Shown: positions 48,102-56,392 of the stretch, in pieces
Numbering within the stretch: position 1 is the first letter of the stretch
Layout of the letters: each line of letters begins with the position of its first letter
Source of the DNA: Desulfobulbaceae bacterium
Lineage (GTDB): Bacteria; Desulfobacterota; Desulfobulbia; Desulfobulbales; Desulfobulbaceae
Reading direction: 5' to 3'
Length of the DNA: 64,000 nucleotides
NCBI GenBank assembly: GCA_034007705.1
Contig: JAVEQK010000016.1
Location: 5,893 to 69,892 of the forward strand
Position numbers and translations under genes: made by a program
Notes under the pieces: model-generated
Told to the model about the DNA's origin: nothing
Database searches by the model: none
What the model saw: the letters and a program-made list of their open reading frames with translations, nothing else

Positions 48102-49079
48102 CTACAGGATTTCCCTGACCGCCGCCACCAGCTTCTCCTCGTCGGGGATATAAAAGCGCTCCAGGGGCGGGCTGGCCGGCACCGGGATATCCGGGCCGGT
48201 CACGCGCCGCAGCGGGGCTTTCAGGGCGGCAAAGGCCTCTTCCATCACCACCGCCGCCACCTCTCCTCCAAAACCCCCGGTGCGCGTGGCCTCATGCAGC
48301 ACGACCAGACGGCCGGTCTTGCGCACCGAGGCCAGGATGGTCTCCTTGTCCAGCGGCGACAGGGTCCGCAGATCGACGATTTCCAGTTCAATGCCCTCCC
48401 CGGCCAGTTGCTCGGCCGCCTTTTCGGCCACCTGCAGCATCTTGGACCAGGTCACAACGGTGACATCGCCGCCTGCCCGCTTGACATCGGCCCTGCCGAT
48501 GGGGATCAGGTACTCCTCCTCCGGCACCGGTCCCGGCGCGAAATACAGCTTCATGTCTTCGATGAAAATCACCGGGTTGGGATCCCGGACGGCAGACTTG
48601 AGAAGTCCCTTGGCATCGGCCGGGGTGGAGGGCATGACCACCTTCAGGCCCGGGCAGTGGGCAACCCAGGCCTCCAGGTTGTGGGAGTGCTGGCACCCGG
48701 CGCCGAAACCGGCGCCGGACTTCATCCGCACCACCAGGGGAAAAGAGGACTTGCCGCCGGACAGGTAGCGCAACTTGGCGGCATGATTGACAATCATGTC
48801 CGAGGCGAGGGTGAAAAAGGGGTTGAACATGATCTCGATCACCGGCTTGAGACCGGCCTCGGCCGCCCCCACCGCCAGACCGGCGATGGCAGCCTCCGAA
48901 ACCGGCGTGTCCCTGACCCGGCCCGGGCCGAACGCCTCCAGAAGCCCGGAGGTGGGGAGCATCGGACTGTCATGAATACTCACACCGACGCCTTCGCCGG
49001 CAAGAAAGACATCGGGGTCCCGGGTCATCTCTTCCCGCAGGGCCTGGTTCAATGCCTGCCCCATCCCTAAATGCTGCAT
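48102..49079 (-). CDS. 2-oxoacid (pyruvate/acetoin) dehydrogenase E1 component, beta subunit
   Basis: MGQALNQALREEM..DPDVFLAGEGVG, and a transketolase-like pyrimidine-binding domain plus C-terminal domain. Confidence 0.85.
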   Translation of the reverse strand: MQHLGMGQALNQALREEMTRDPDVFLAGEGVGVSIHDSPMLPTSGLLEAFGPGRVRDTPVSEAAIAGLAVGAAEAGLKPVIEIMFNPFFTLASDMIVNHAAKLRYLSGGKSSFPLVVRMKSGAGFGAGCQHSHNLEAWVAHCPGLKVVMPSTPADAKGLLKSAVRDPNPVIFIEDMKLYFAPGPVPEEEYLIPIGRADVKRAGGDVTVVTWSKMLQVAEKAAEQLAGEGIELEIVDLRTLSPLDKETILASVRKTGRLVVLHEATRTGGFGGEVAAVVMEEAFAALKAPLRRVTGPDIPVPASPPLERFYIPDEEKLVAAVREIL

Positions 49080-49118
49080 GGTCCTGCTCCTTTCATTCGC
49101 AAATCTTTTCCTCCGCCT

Positions 49119-50081
49119 TCAGGCAAAAACATCCTCCAGGGCCTCATGGGGCTCGGGATAGGGGCTCTCTTCCGCAAAGCGGATGGCCTCCCGAACCGTC
49201 TCACCGATTTCGCTCTCCATTGCCTGCAGTTCGTCCGCGCTGATGAGCCCCTCGGCGAGCATATCGCCGCGCAGTTTCGGGATGGGACACATGGCCTGCC
49301 ATCGCTCGATCTCTTCCCTGGGCTGGTAGAGCTGCAGGTCGCTTTCGCCATGGCCCCGCCAGCGATAGGTCTTGTATTCAATGAGCGTCGGCCCCTTGCC
49401 GGCCAGGGCGCGCTCCCTGGCGTCCACTGCCGACATGTACACCGCCAGGGCGTCATTGCCGTCCACCACCACCCCCGGCATGGCGTAGCCGGCCGCCCGG
49501 TCGGCGATGTTCTCCGCCCTGGTATGCTGTTCATAGCTCTGGGCCCCGGCGTACAGATTGTTTTCGCACACAAAGATCACCGGCAGTTCCCAGACGCTTG
49601 CAAGATTCAAGGCCTCGTGAAAGGAGCCCTCGTTGGCCGCGCCGTCCCCGATAAAACAGACGGTGACGCATTTCTCCCCCCGGTACTGCTGGGCAAAGGC
49701 CCTGCCCACGGCAATGGGCGGCCCCCCTCCGACCACGGTCGTCGTGCACGGGGCGTTGATCTCAGGCACCGCCAGATGCAGCGTGCCGCTTTTGCCTTTA
49801 TTGCAGCCGGTCCGCTTGCCGAAGATTTCCGCCATCAGCGCTTTCGGGTCCGCCCCCTTGGCCAGCAGGTGTGCGTGGCTGCGGTGATTGGTGAAGATCA
49901 CGTCCTCCGGCTGCAGGGCGGCGCACACTCCCGCGCCCACCGCCTCCTGTCCTGTGCACAGGATCATCATGCCGTGGATCTTGCCCTCGATTTTGCACAG
50001 TTCCGTCAGCGCTTCCTCGAACCTGCGGGACAGCAGCAGCGCCCGGAGCATTTCCAGCTTCTTTTCCCTGGATATCTGCAT
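49119..50081 (-). CDS. 2-oxoacid dehydrogenase E1 component, alpha subunit (TPP-binding)
   Basis: TPP motif FIGDGAANEGSFHEALNLASVWELPVIFVCENN. Confidence 0.85.
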   Translation of the reverse strand: MQISREKKLEMLRALLLSRRFEEALTELCKIEGKIHGMMILCTGQEAVGAGVCAALQPEDVIFTNHRSHAHLLAKGADPKALMAEIFGKRTGCNKGKSGTLHLAVPEINAPCTTTVVGGGPPIAVGRAFAQQYRGEKCVTVCFIGDGAANEGSFHEALNLASVWELPVIFVCENNLYAGAQSYEQHTRAENIADRAAGYAMPGVVVDGNDALAVYMSAVDARERALAGKGPTLIEYKTYRWRGHGESDLQLYQPREEIERWQAMCPIPKLRGDMLAEGLISADELQAMESEIGETVREAIRFAEESPYPEPHEALEDVFA

Positions 50082-50391
50082 CGGTCCTCCTTTTTGCCGG
50101 CAACGGACTTTTCAACAATGCCGCCGGGATGTCCGACCAGCTTCCTGGCGGAACACCCTGCTCATAATTCCTATTTTACGGTTTATTGACCTTTCTCCAA
50201 CATGTTTTTTTCAATTATCCTGTTTTTGTCGCGCATCCCCTCCAGTCCCGCGCCGTCGACCTTCCGGCGGGCCGATGATGCCGGAAAAGCATGATCCCCT
50301 GAAAACTGCGGATCGTCACCGGCGGGAAATCAAGTGACTTTTTCCATGGCATTGCGCCGCGGGGCAAAACGATAAAACCGGTAAAAGGAAC

Positions 50392-50421
50392 TTGTTTTTT
50401 TGCGGAAAAATAAAATATAAT
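50392..50421 (+). promoter_or_regulatory. Sigma-70-like promoter TTGTTT-N18-TATAAT in an AT-rich intergenic region
   Basis: Perfect -10 hexamer, about 95 bp upstream of the tetrahaem gene. The -35 is weak. Confidence 0.35.
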
Positions 50422-50515
50422 TTTTACATGAAATAATAATTTCGGATGCGGCCTGTCGAGTACTGAAAAATCCAATTTTACCCCATCCCAAATCAAAACA
50501 ATGCAGGGAGGGCCT

Positions 50516-51073
50516 ATGAAAAAAGTGCTTACTCCTCTTGTCTGGGTAGTGGTGGGTATTGTCGCGGGGTTTCCGCTCTTCAGCCTCACCTATTACACCA
50601 TGGTCCGCACATCCACCCCTCTCTTCTGCGCAACATGTCATGAAATCCAGCCTGCTTACGATGCCTGGAAAACCTCGTCCCATGTGAATAACGGACAGGG
50701 CTTTGTGGCTGACTGCATGGACTGTCATCTGCCGCCGCCGCACGAGACCTTCAATTTTTTTTATGCCAAGACTCTGCACGGTCTCAAGGATATTTACGTT
50801 CATTTTCGGCAAGGGGCGGAGGCCTACGACAGGAGTGTCAACCGGGAGAAAGCCTATGCGTCGATGCACAATTCCCAGTGCCAGAAATGCCACCGCAACA
50901 TTCTTTACATGCCCTACAATCGGGGAGCCATGCTGGCCCACCGGACAGTTATGTACCCGCGGCCCGGCTACGAGAAAAAATGTGTTGACTGCCACCGTAA
51001 TCTGGTCCACGTGGACCGGCCGGCTTACAACTACAGGAAAGACTACGGTTCATACCGGGCGACACGAATATGA
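50516..51073 (+). CDS. NapC/NirT/NrfH-family membrane-anchored tetrahaem cytochrome c (quinol dehydrogenase)
   Basis: N-terminal TM helix plus four CXXCH motifs (CATCH, CMDCH, CQKCH, CVDCH). RBS GGGAGG. The track ORF begins 15 nt upstream. Confidence 0.85.
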   Translation: MKKVLTPLVWVVVGIVAGFPLFSLTYYTMVRTSTPLFCATCHEIQPAYDAWKTSSHVNNGQGFVADCMDCHLPPPHETFNFFYAKTLHGLKDIYVHFRQGAEAYDRSVNREKAYASMHNSQCQKCHRNILYMPYNRGAMLAHRTVMYPRPGYEKKCVDCHRNLVHVDRPAYNYRKDYGSYRATRI

Positions 51074-51130
51074 ATACGGTTAACGGAAGCTCAATTTTGT
51101 CATAAATTGAACTGATGGGGGGAGCAAATT

Positions 51131-52519
51131 ATGAAAAAATCCGGATTTCCATTCTTTCTTTTGAGCGTGATTCCCCTGGCAATATGCTGCGTTGCGGCAG
51201 CACACGCGCAGAATTACCCCAAGGCGAAGGAGTTCAGAATAGAGCGGAGTCTGGCGCCCCAGGCAATAGCATGCCTTGAATGCCACAAGCAGCAGAACCC
51301 GGGCCTGTTTGCGGACTGGTCGCACAGCCGTCATGCCTCAGCCGGCATCACCTGCCTGGACTGCCATCAGGCCGAAGAGCATGATCCGGACGTCAGCGTC
51401 GAACACTACACGCAGTACCAGCGCACCGACTCTCCCTACGGAACCCAGGAATATAAAATTCCGGTTTCCGCCGTGGTGACGCCCAAGGACTGCTCCCGCT
51501 GCCATCCCGATGAGGTCACCCAGTACAGCCGCAGCAAGCATGCCAATACCATGGAAATCATGTGGAAGATCGATCCCTGGCTCAACAATGGCATGAACTC
51601 CGATATCGAGAGGAAAACAGGGTGCTACCACTGCCACGGAACCGTCCTGAAGACCAAGGACGGCAAGCTTGACCCCATGACCTGGCCCAATGTCGGGGTC
51701 GGCCGGGTGAATATGGATGGCAGCCTCGGCAGCTGCACCAGCTGCCATACACGGCACCGCTTCTCCGTCATGGAAGCCAGAAAGCCGGAAGCCTGCGGTC
51801 AATGCCATCTTGGGCCGGACCATCCGCAGATTGAAATCTACATGGAATCCAAGCACGGCGACATCTATACGGCCTTCGGCGATGAGTACAACTGGAACTC
51901 GGCGCCGGGGACCTGGACGCCGGGGGTCGATTTCCGGGGACCGACCTGCGCCTCGTGCCATATGTCGGGGGCCGGTACGGTTCTGACTTCCCACGATGTC
52001 ACCGAGCGGCTTTCCTGGGAGACACAGGCGCCCCTCACTGTCAGGCCTTCCGATTTCGCGGCCTTCCCGGCCAAAACCGATTGGGAGGTGGAACGCGGCA
52101 AAATGAAGGAAATCTGTCTCCAGTGCCACGGCAACGCCTGGGTCGAGGACTTTTATGTGAACTTCGACCAGGCGGTGGAAAATTACAACGAGATATACTT
52201 CAAGCCGGCAAAAGCAATGCTGGACAGCCTTTACGAGAAAGGACTGCTGGACAAGAGCAGGTTCTTCGATGAAGACCTGGAAGTGGAATACTATGAATTA
52301 TGGCATCATGAAGGCCGCCGCGCGCGGATGGGCGTCATGATGATGGCGCCCGATTATGCCTGGTGGCACGGGTTCTACGAATGCAAAAAGCGCTTCAATA
52401 CCTTCATGAAGGAAGCCGAGCACCTGCTGGCCACCGGTGAAAAGGCGCATAGATATGAAGATTACCCCGGAGCGACGGGCGTTACCACGAAACCGGAGGA
52501 AATATTCGGCAATAAATGA
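51131..52519 (+). CDS. Octahaem c-type cytochrome, HAO family, exported (paralogue 2)
   Basis: Eight CXXCH motifs (CLECH, CLDCH, CSRCH, CYHCH, CTSCH, CGQCH, CASCH, CLQCH). Core CHTRHRFS...CGQCHLGPDHPQIEIYMESKHG and C-terminal APDYAWWHGF. Sec signal. Confidence 0.9.
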   Translation: MKKSGFPFFLLSVIPLAICCVAAAHAQNYPKAKEFRIERSLAPQAIACLECHKQQNPGLFADWSHSRHASAGITCLDCHQAEEHDPDVSVEHYTQYQRTDSPYGTQEYKIPVSAVVTPKDCSRCHPDEVTQYSRSKHANTMEIMWKIDPWLNNGMNSDIERKTGCYHCHGTVLKTKDGKLDPMTWPNVGVGRVNMDGSLGSCTSCHTRHRFSVMEARKPEACGQCHLGPDHPQIEIYMESKHGDIYTAFGDEYNWNSAPGTWTPGVDFRGPTCASCHMSGAGTVLTSHDVTERLSWETQAPLTVRPSDFAAFPAKTDWEVERGKMKEICLQCHGNAWVEDFYVNFDQAVENYNEIYFKPAKAMLDSLYEKGLLDKSRFFDEDLEVEYYELWHHEGRRARMGVMMMAPDYAWWHGFYECKKRFNTFMKEAEHLLATGEKAHRYEDYPGATGVTTKPEEIFGNK

Positions 52520-52555
52520 GGCTGCGAATTCCTCCGGGATAAACCTGTTCACAGT

Positions 52556-52589
52556 ACGGAAGGGGACGGAATAAACCGTCCCCTTCCGT
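52556..52589 (+). terminator. Strong hairpin after octahaem 2 (terminator-like)
   Basis: Perfect 14-bp stem ACGGAAGGGGACGG / CCGTCCCCTTCCGT with loop AATAAA. The downstream tract is T-poor (ATCTTCTCC). Confidence 0.55.
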
Positions 52590-52683
52590 ATCTTCTCCTG
52601 TGCGTTGCGGCTTGCGATAAAGGGGTGGACCCTGGAAACCGACCAACATCGGTCCGCCTGCCTTCAGGCTGGGATAGGCATTG

Positions 52684-53505
52684 TTACTTGTCCGCTTCCA
52701 TCAATGAACACCAGGTGTGCCGCTCCAGAAAGCTTCCCGGCACGTTGGCCTCCATTTCGAGAAACATCTCCGTGGGCACGGCGAATGAGAGGTATTCCGA
52801 GCCGAGAAGATTGCGGACATACTTGCGGGCCGAGATGTCCGTCAGCCCCACCACGGCCCTGGGCTGTGCCGACCTGCCCTCCCGATAGGGAAGGATGCCC
52901 ACGGTCTGGCAGCCGGCGGCCCAGGGGATGATCACGTTTTCCATCCCTTCCCTCCCGTAATTGGCAAGGATGACCAGGGCCGACAGCTGGTCCGGATTGG
53001 CAAGGAAAACCACTGTCTCCGGCGTTTCGGCCTCAAGATCAACTTCCCCCAGCGGTTTGAACAGCACATAGGTTGATTTGATTTCCGTTATCGGCAGTTC
53101 TTCCACCCACTGGTTCACCAGCTCCGGTGTTTTCGTGTAGCCTTCCCCTTGCAGAAAATTGTCCATGAACTCTTTGCCTGCGGCCCCTTCAAGGCCCCGG
53201 GCCACCTCTTTTCCCTTTTCCCATCCCTTGTTGCCGGATGACAGAAAGCGGGCAAAGCACTCCACTCCGCCCGGGAAACGGAGATAGGCGTTGCCGAAGC
53301 CAAGCCCGACGCCCCCGCCCCAGCAGCCGTAGGTCTCCGCATCGAAGGCCGCGGTTCTGCCTTTTGCCGCATTGGCAAACATGAACATCACACAGCCCCA
53401 CCTGCCTTTCTTGAACTGCAGGGCATTTTCCGGCTTGTCATCCCCCAGGACAACGGCAACCGGGTTGTACCTGAGCCCGAGGGCTGTGGCGATTCTCGAT
53501 TCCAT
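52684..53505 (-). CDS. DUF169 domain protein
   Basis: The N-terminus ...LGLRYNPVAVVLGDDKP...RWGCVMFMF and the overall length resemble the DUF169 family. Confidence 0.55.
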   Translation of the reverse strand: MESRIATALGLRYNPVAVVLGDDKPENALQFKKGRWGCVMFMFANAAKGRTAAFDAETYGCWGGGVGLGFGNAYLRFPGGVECFARFLSSGNKGWEKGKEVARGLEGAAGKEFMDNFLQGEGYTKTPELVNQWVEELPITEIKSTYVLFKPLGEVDLEAETPETVVFLANPDQLSALVILANYGREGMENVIIPWAAGCQTVGILPYREGRSAQPRAVVGLTDISARKYVRNLLGSEYLSFAVPTEMFLEMEANVPGSFLERHTWCSLMEADK

Positions 53506-53938
53506 AAGCGCACCTCTTTCCGATTTTCAGCTTGGACAACAGCAGTATTTTTGTGCGGGCAAGCGGCAAGCCGTCCGGCCCGGCCGCTCCGAACCAGCCT
53601 CCATGCCCAGGCCGTTCATGCGCCTGCTCCAATGCAGCCGGACAAGCTTTTGATGAAACGTTGTCATGGTTCCCATTGTACGGTTTATGGCCTTTGTTCA
53701 ACAGTTTTTTACGATTTTTCTGTTCTTCCCGCACCCCGGCGGTTCAGTGTCCAAAAAACAGCGGTATTGTTGCGGGCAGCCATGTTCCTGCTTCTTCTCA
53801 TTCCCGGAGAAAAAAAAAGAAGATAATATACCGGGAATTGGTTTATTTATCAGAGAAGATTGGCGCTGTATGCACGGAAATTAGAGCCTGCCGCGGCGCA
53901 GGACCAAATCCGCGGTTCCTAAAACAAGGAGAGGCAAA

Positions 53939-55423
53939 ATGGCGGACTATGATTACGATATCGGCATCATCGGCGGCGGAGCGGCCGGGCTCACTGTCGC
54001 GTCCGGGGCGGCCCAGCTTGGCGCCAAAACCCTGCTGGTCGAAAAGGAAGAGGCCCTGGGCGGCGACTGTCTCCATTACGGCTGCGTGCCGAGCAAAACC
54101 CTGATCAGGACGGCCCATGTCTATCATCTCATGAAAAACGGGCAGAAATTCGGACTGCCGGCCATTTCTCCGCCTGCCGTTGATTTCAGGGAGGTCGCGG
54201 CCCGGATCAGGTCCGTGATCAGTGTTATCCAGCAACACGACTCGGTGGAACGGTTCTGCAAACTCGGGGCAAAGGTCGAGTTCGGAAGCCCCGAATTCCT
54301 TGACGAACATGTGGTCTCCCTCGCCGGCAGGTCCGTTTCCGCCCGCGCCTGGGTGATCGCCACCGGATCGTCGGCGGCGGTGCCGCCCCTCGAAGGTCTC
54401 GACAAAACATCCTATCTGACCAATCGTGACCTCTTCTCCCTTGACAGGCTGCCCGCTTCGATGATCGTGATCGGCGCCGGTCCCATCGCCGCCGAAATGG
54501 CCCAGGCCTTCTGCCGGCTCGGCACCAGGGTTACGGTGATCCAGCGCAGCGGCCAGATCCTCAGCAGGGAAGACAAGGACATGGCGGACCTCGTCCAGCA
54601 GGAGCTGGAAAAAGAAGGCGTGGTCTTTCAGATGAACGCCGCGGTGGTCCGGGTCAACGATTCGGGCCGCGAACGTGAAGTGGTGATAAGAGATGCGGCA
54701 GGCCGGACCCGGACCCTCAGGGCCGAAACCCTGCTGGCGGCGCTTGGCCGTTCGCCCAACATCGAAGGTCTGGGGCTCGAAAAAATCGACATTCCCTTTG
54801 ATCACCGGGGCATCAAGGTCGACAATCGACTCCGGACCAGCCACAAGCATATCTACGCGGCCGGCGATGTGAACGGCGGTCACCAGTTCACGCATGTGGC
54901 CGGCTATGAAGGGGGAGTGGTGTTAAGCAACGCCGTTTTCCATCTGCCCAGGAAAACCGATTACACCTATGTGCCCTGGTGCACCTATACCCATCCCGAA
55001 CTGGCCAGCATCGGCATGAACGAGAAGCGCGCCCGGGAGGCCGGCATCGACTACACTGTCTTCACCGAAGAGTTCAGCGGCAATGACCGGGCCCTGGCCG
55101 AAGGCGAGAGCACCGGCCGGCTCAAACTGCTGCTGGACAAAAAGGAAAAACCCCTGGGCATCCAGATTCTGGGCCCCGAGGCCGGCAATCTCCTGAGCGA
55201 ATGGGTGGCGATTATGAACGGCGGGATCGGGTTGTCGAAAATCGCCTCGGCCATTCACCCCTATCCCACCCTCGGCGAGATCAACAAAAAAGTGGCGGGA
55301 TCGGTTTTTGCCCCGAAGATTTTTTCCAGTACGGTCAAGAAGGGCCTGAAGTTTTTCTTCAGCCTCAAAGGACGCGCCTGTACCTGCGGGGAGGATGCGG
55401 ACTGCGGGGAGGAAGGGAAATGA
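53939..55423 (+). CDS. FAD-dependent pyridine nucleotide-disulfide oxidoreductase (dihydrolipoyl dehydrogenase / mercuric reductase-like) with a Cys-containing C-terminal tail
   Basis: FAD motif [11 protein letters not shown], redox-active disulfide [16 protein letters not shown] motif [10 protein letters not shown], and dimerisation-domain HPYPTLGE. About 45 extra residues follow, ending [16 protein letters not shown]. Confidence 0.8.
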   Translation: MADYDYDIGIIGGGAAGLTVASGAAQLGAKTLLVEKEEALGGDCLHYGCVPSKTLIRTAHVYHLMKNGQKFGLPAISPPAVDFREVAARIRSVISVIQQHDSVERFCKLGAKVEFGSPEFLDEHVVSLAGRSVSARAWVIATGSSAAVPPLEGLDKTSYLTNRDLFSLDRLPASMIVIGAGPIAAEMAQAFCRLGTRVTVIQRSGQILSREDKDMADLVQQELEKEGVVFQMNAAVVRVNDSGREREVVIRDAAGRTRTLRAETLLAALGRSPNIEGLGLEKIDIPFDHRGIKVDNRLRTSHKHIYAAGDVNGGHQFTHVAGYEGGVVLSNAVFHLPRKTDYTYVPWCTYTHPELASIGMNEKRAREAGIDYTVFTEEFSGNDRALAEGESTGRLKLLLDKKEKPLGIQILGPEAGNLLSEWVAIMNGGIGLSKIASAIHPYPTLGEINKKVAGSVFAPKIFSSTVKKGLKFFFSLKGRACTCGEDADCGEEGK

Positions 55424-55640
55424 AGGAGAAGGAGCGCCTCGAAGCGCAGCGGCACCGAACCAAAGACTGGCGGCTCTGGGGGCCGTATCTGAGCGAGCGG
55501 GCGTGGGGCACGGTTCTGGAGGAGACCACGGCGCCGACGGCGAGGCCTGGGACTATTTTGCCCATGCCCAGGCCCGGTCGCGGCGCTGCGCATCAGACAG
55601 ACCGGACCGGCCTGGCGGCAAATCTCATTAAGCGGCGCTA
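55420..55640 (+). pseudogene. Frameshifted N-terminal remnant of a GH63/MGH1-like glucosidase gene
   Basis: [32 protein letters not shown] continues in another frame as [18 protein letters not shown] and then RTGLAAN. This matches my memory of the conserved N-terminus W(R)[43 protein letters not shown] of proteins about 900 aa long. Nothing follows it here. Confidence 0.45.
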
Positions 55641-55792
55641 TGCATTGGCTGCCGAAAAGAAGGGGAAGCAAAGGTGAGGCGGAAAGGCATCCACCCATTT
55701 CGGCAGTAACAAGGAGGACTCAATTTCATCTTCCGGCTGAAAATGCAGAAGTTCAGGGAACTTCCTGGCAGAGAGACGCCGGGCATTTTCAT

Positions 55793-56206
55793 TCAGCGAT
55801 GGTACTCGCCGGCACGTTCGGGCTGATAAACCACTTCCATAATGCGTACCCGTATCTTGCCGCCGCCCGGCTTCGGCCACTCAATTTCGTCCCCCTGGGA
55901 AAGACCGAGCAGGGCGCTGCCCACCGGCGCCAGTATGGATATTTTTCCTCCGCCGGCATCAACGTCCTGGGGATAGACCAGCGTCAGGCAGAACTCTTCG
56001 TTCGACGGTTGGATTTGAAACCGTATGGTCGAGTTCATTGTCACCACGGTCGGCGGGACATCTTCCGGAGGCAGGATTTTCGCCCGATCCAGTTCTTCCT
56101 CCAACTCCTCCCTGCCCGGGAAGCCGCCATTGGGCAATGCATCCAAAAGCTCCTCCAGCCTTTCCGCATCAATCGAAGAGATGATAATTTCAGGTTTTGT
56201 GTCCAT
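55793..56206 (-). CDS. rnk: Nucleoside diphosphate kinase regulator Rnk (GreA/GreB-family C-terminal domain)
   Basis: 137 aa. An N-terminal helical region is followed by a GreA/B C-terminal-like beta domain (VTMNSTIRF...ISILAPVGSALLGLSQGDEIEW). Confidence 0.7.
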   Translation of the reverse strand: MDTKPEIIISSIDAERLEELLDALPNGGFPGREELEEELDRAKILPPEDVPPTVVTMNSTIRFQIQPSNEEFCLTLVYPQDVDAGGGKISILAPVGSALLGLSQGDEIEWPKPGGGKIRVRIMEVVYQPERAGEYHR

Positions 56207-56392
56207 TCTGAGCTCCCTGGATCAAGGTTCCGTCAAATGCCAACTTTCATTATAAACTGAACCGAGGGGAATTTCATGCTTAATCCCATTTTTTCGGGCC
56301 GCATCCGGCCACGCCGACGATTGGGGCGCAACCTATCGTCAAAAACGCCGCTTCAGGAGGCAGGCCGGCAAGGATAACACCCGCTCTTCCTT

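Noticed and set aside
50386-50403. AGGAAC...TTGC upstream of the tetrahaem gene, considered as a sigma-54 element.
   Set aside because: The GG-to-GC spacing is 14 nt instead of 11, and the -24 box is poor.
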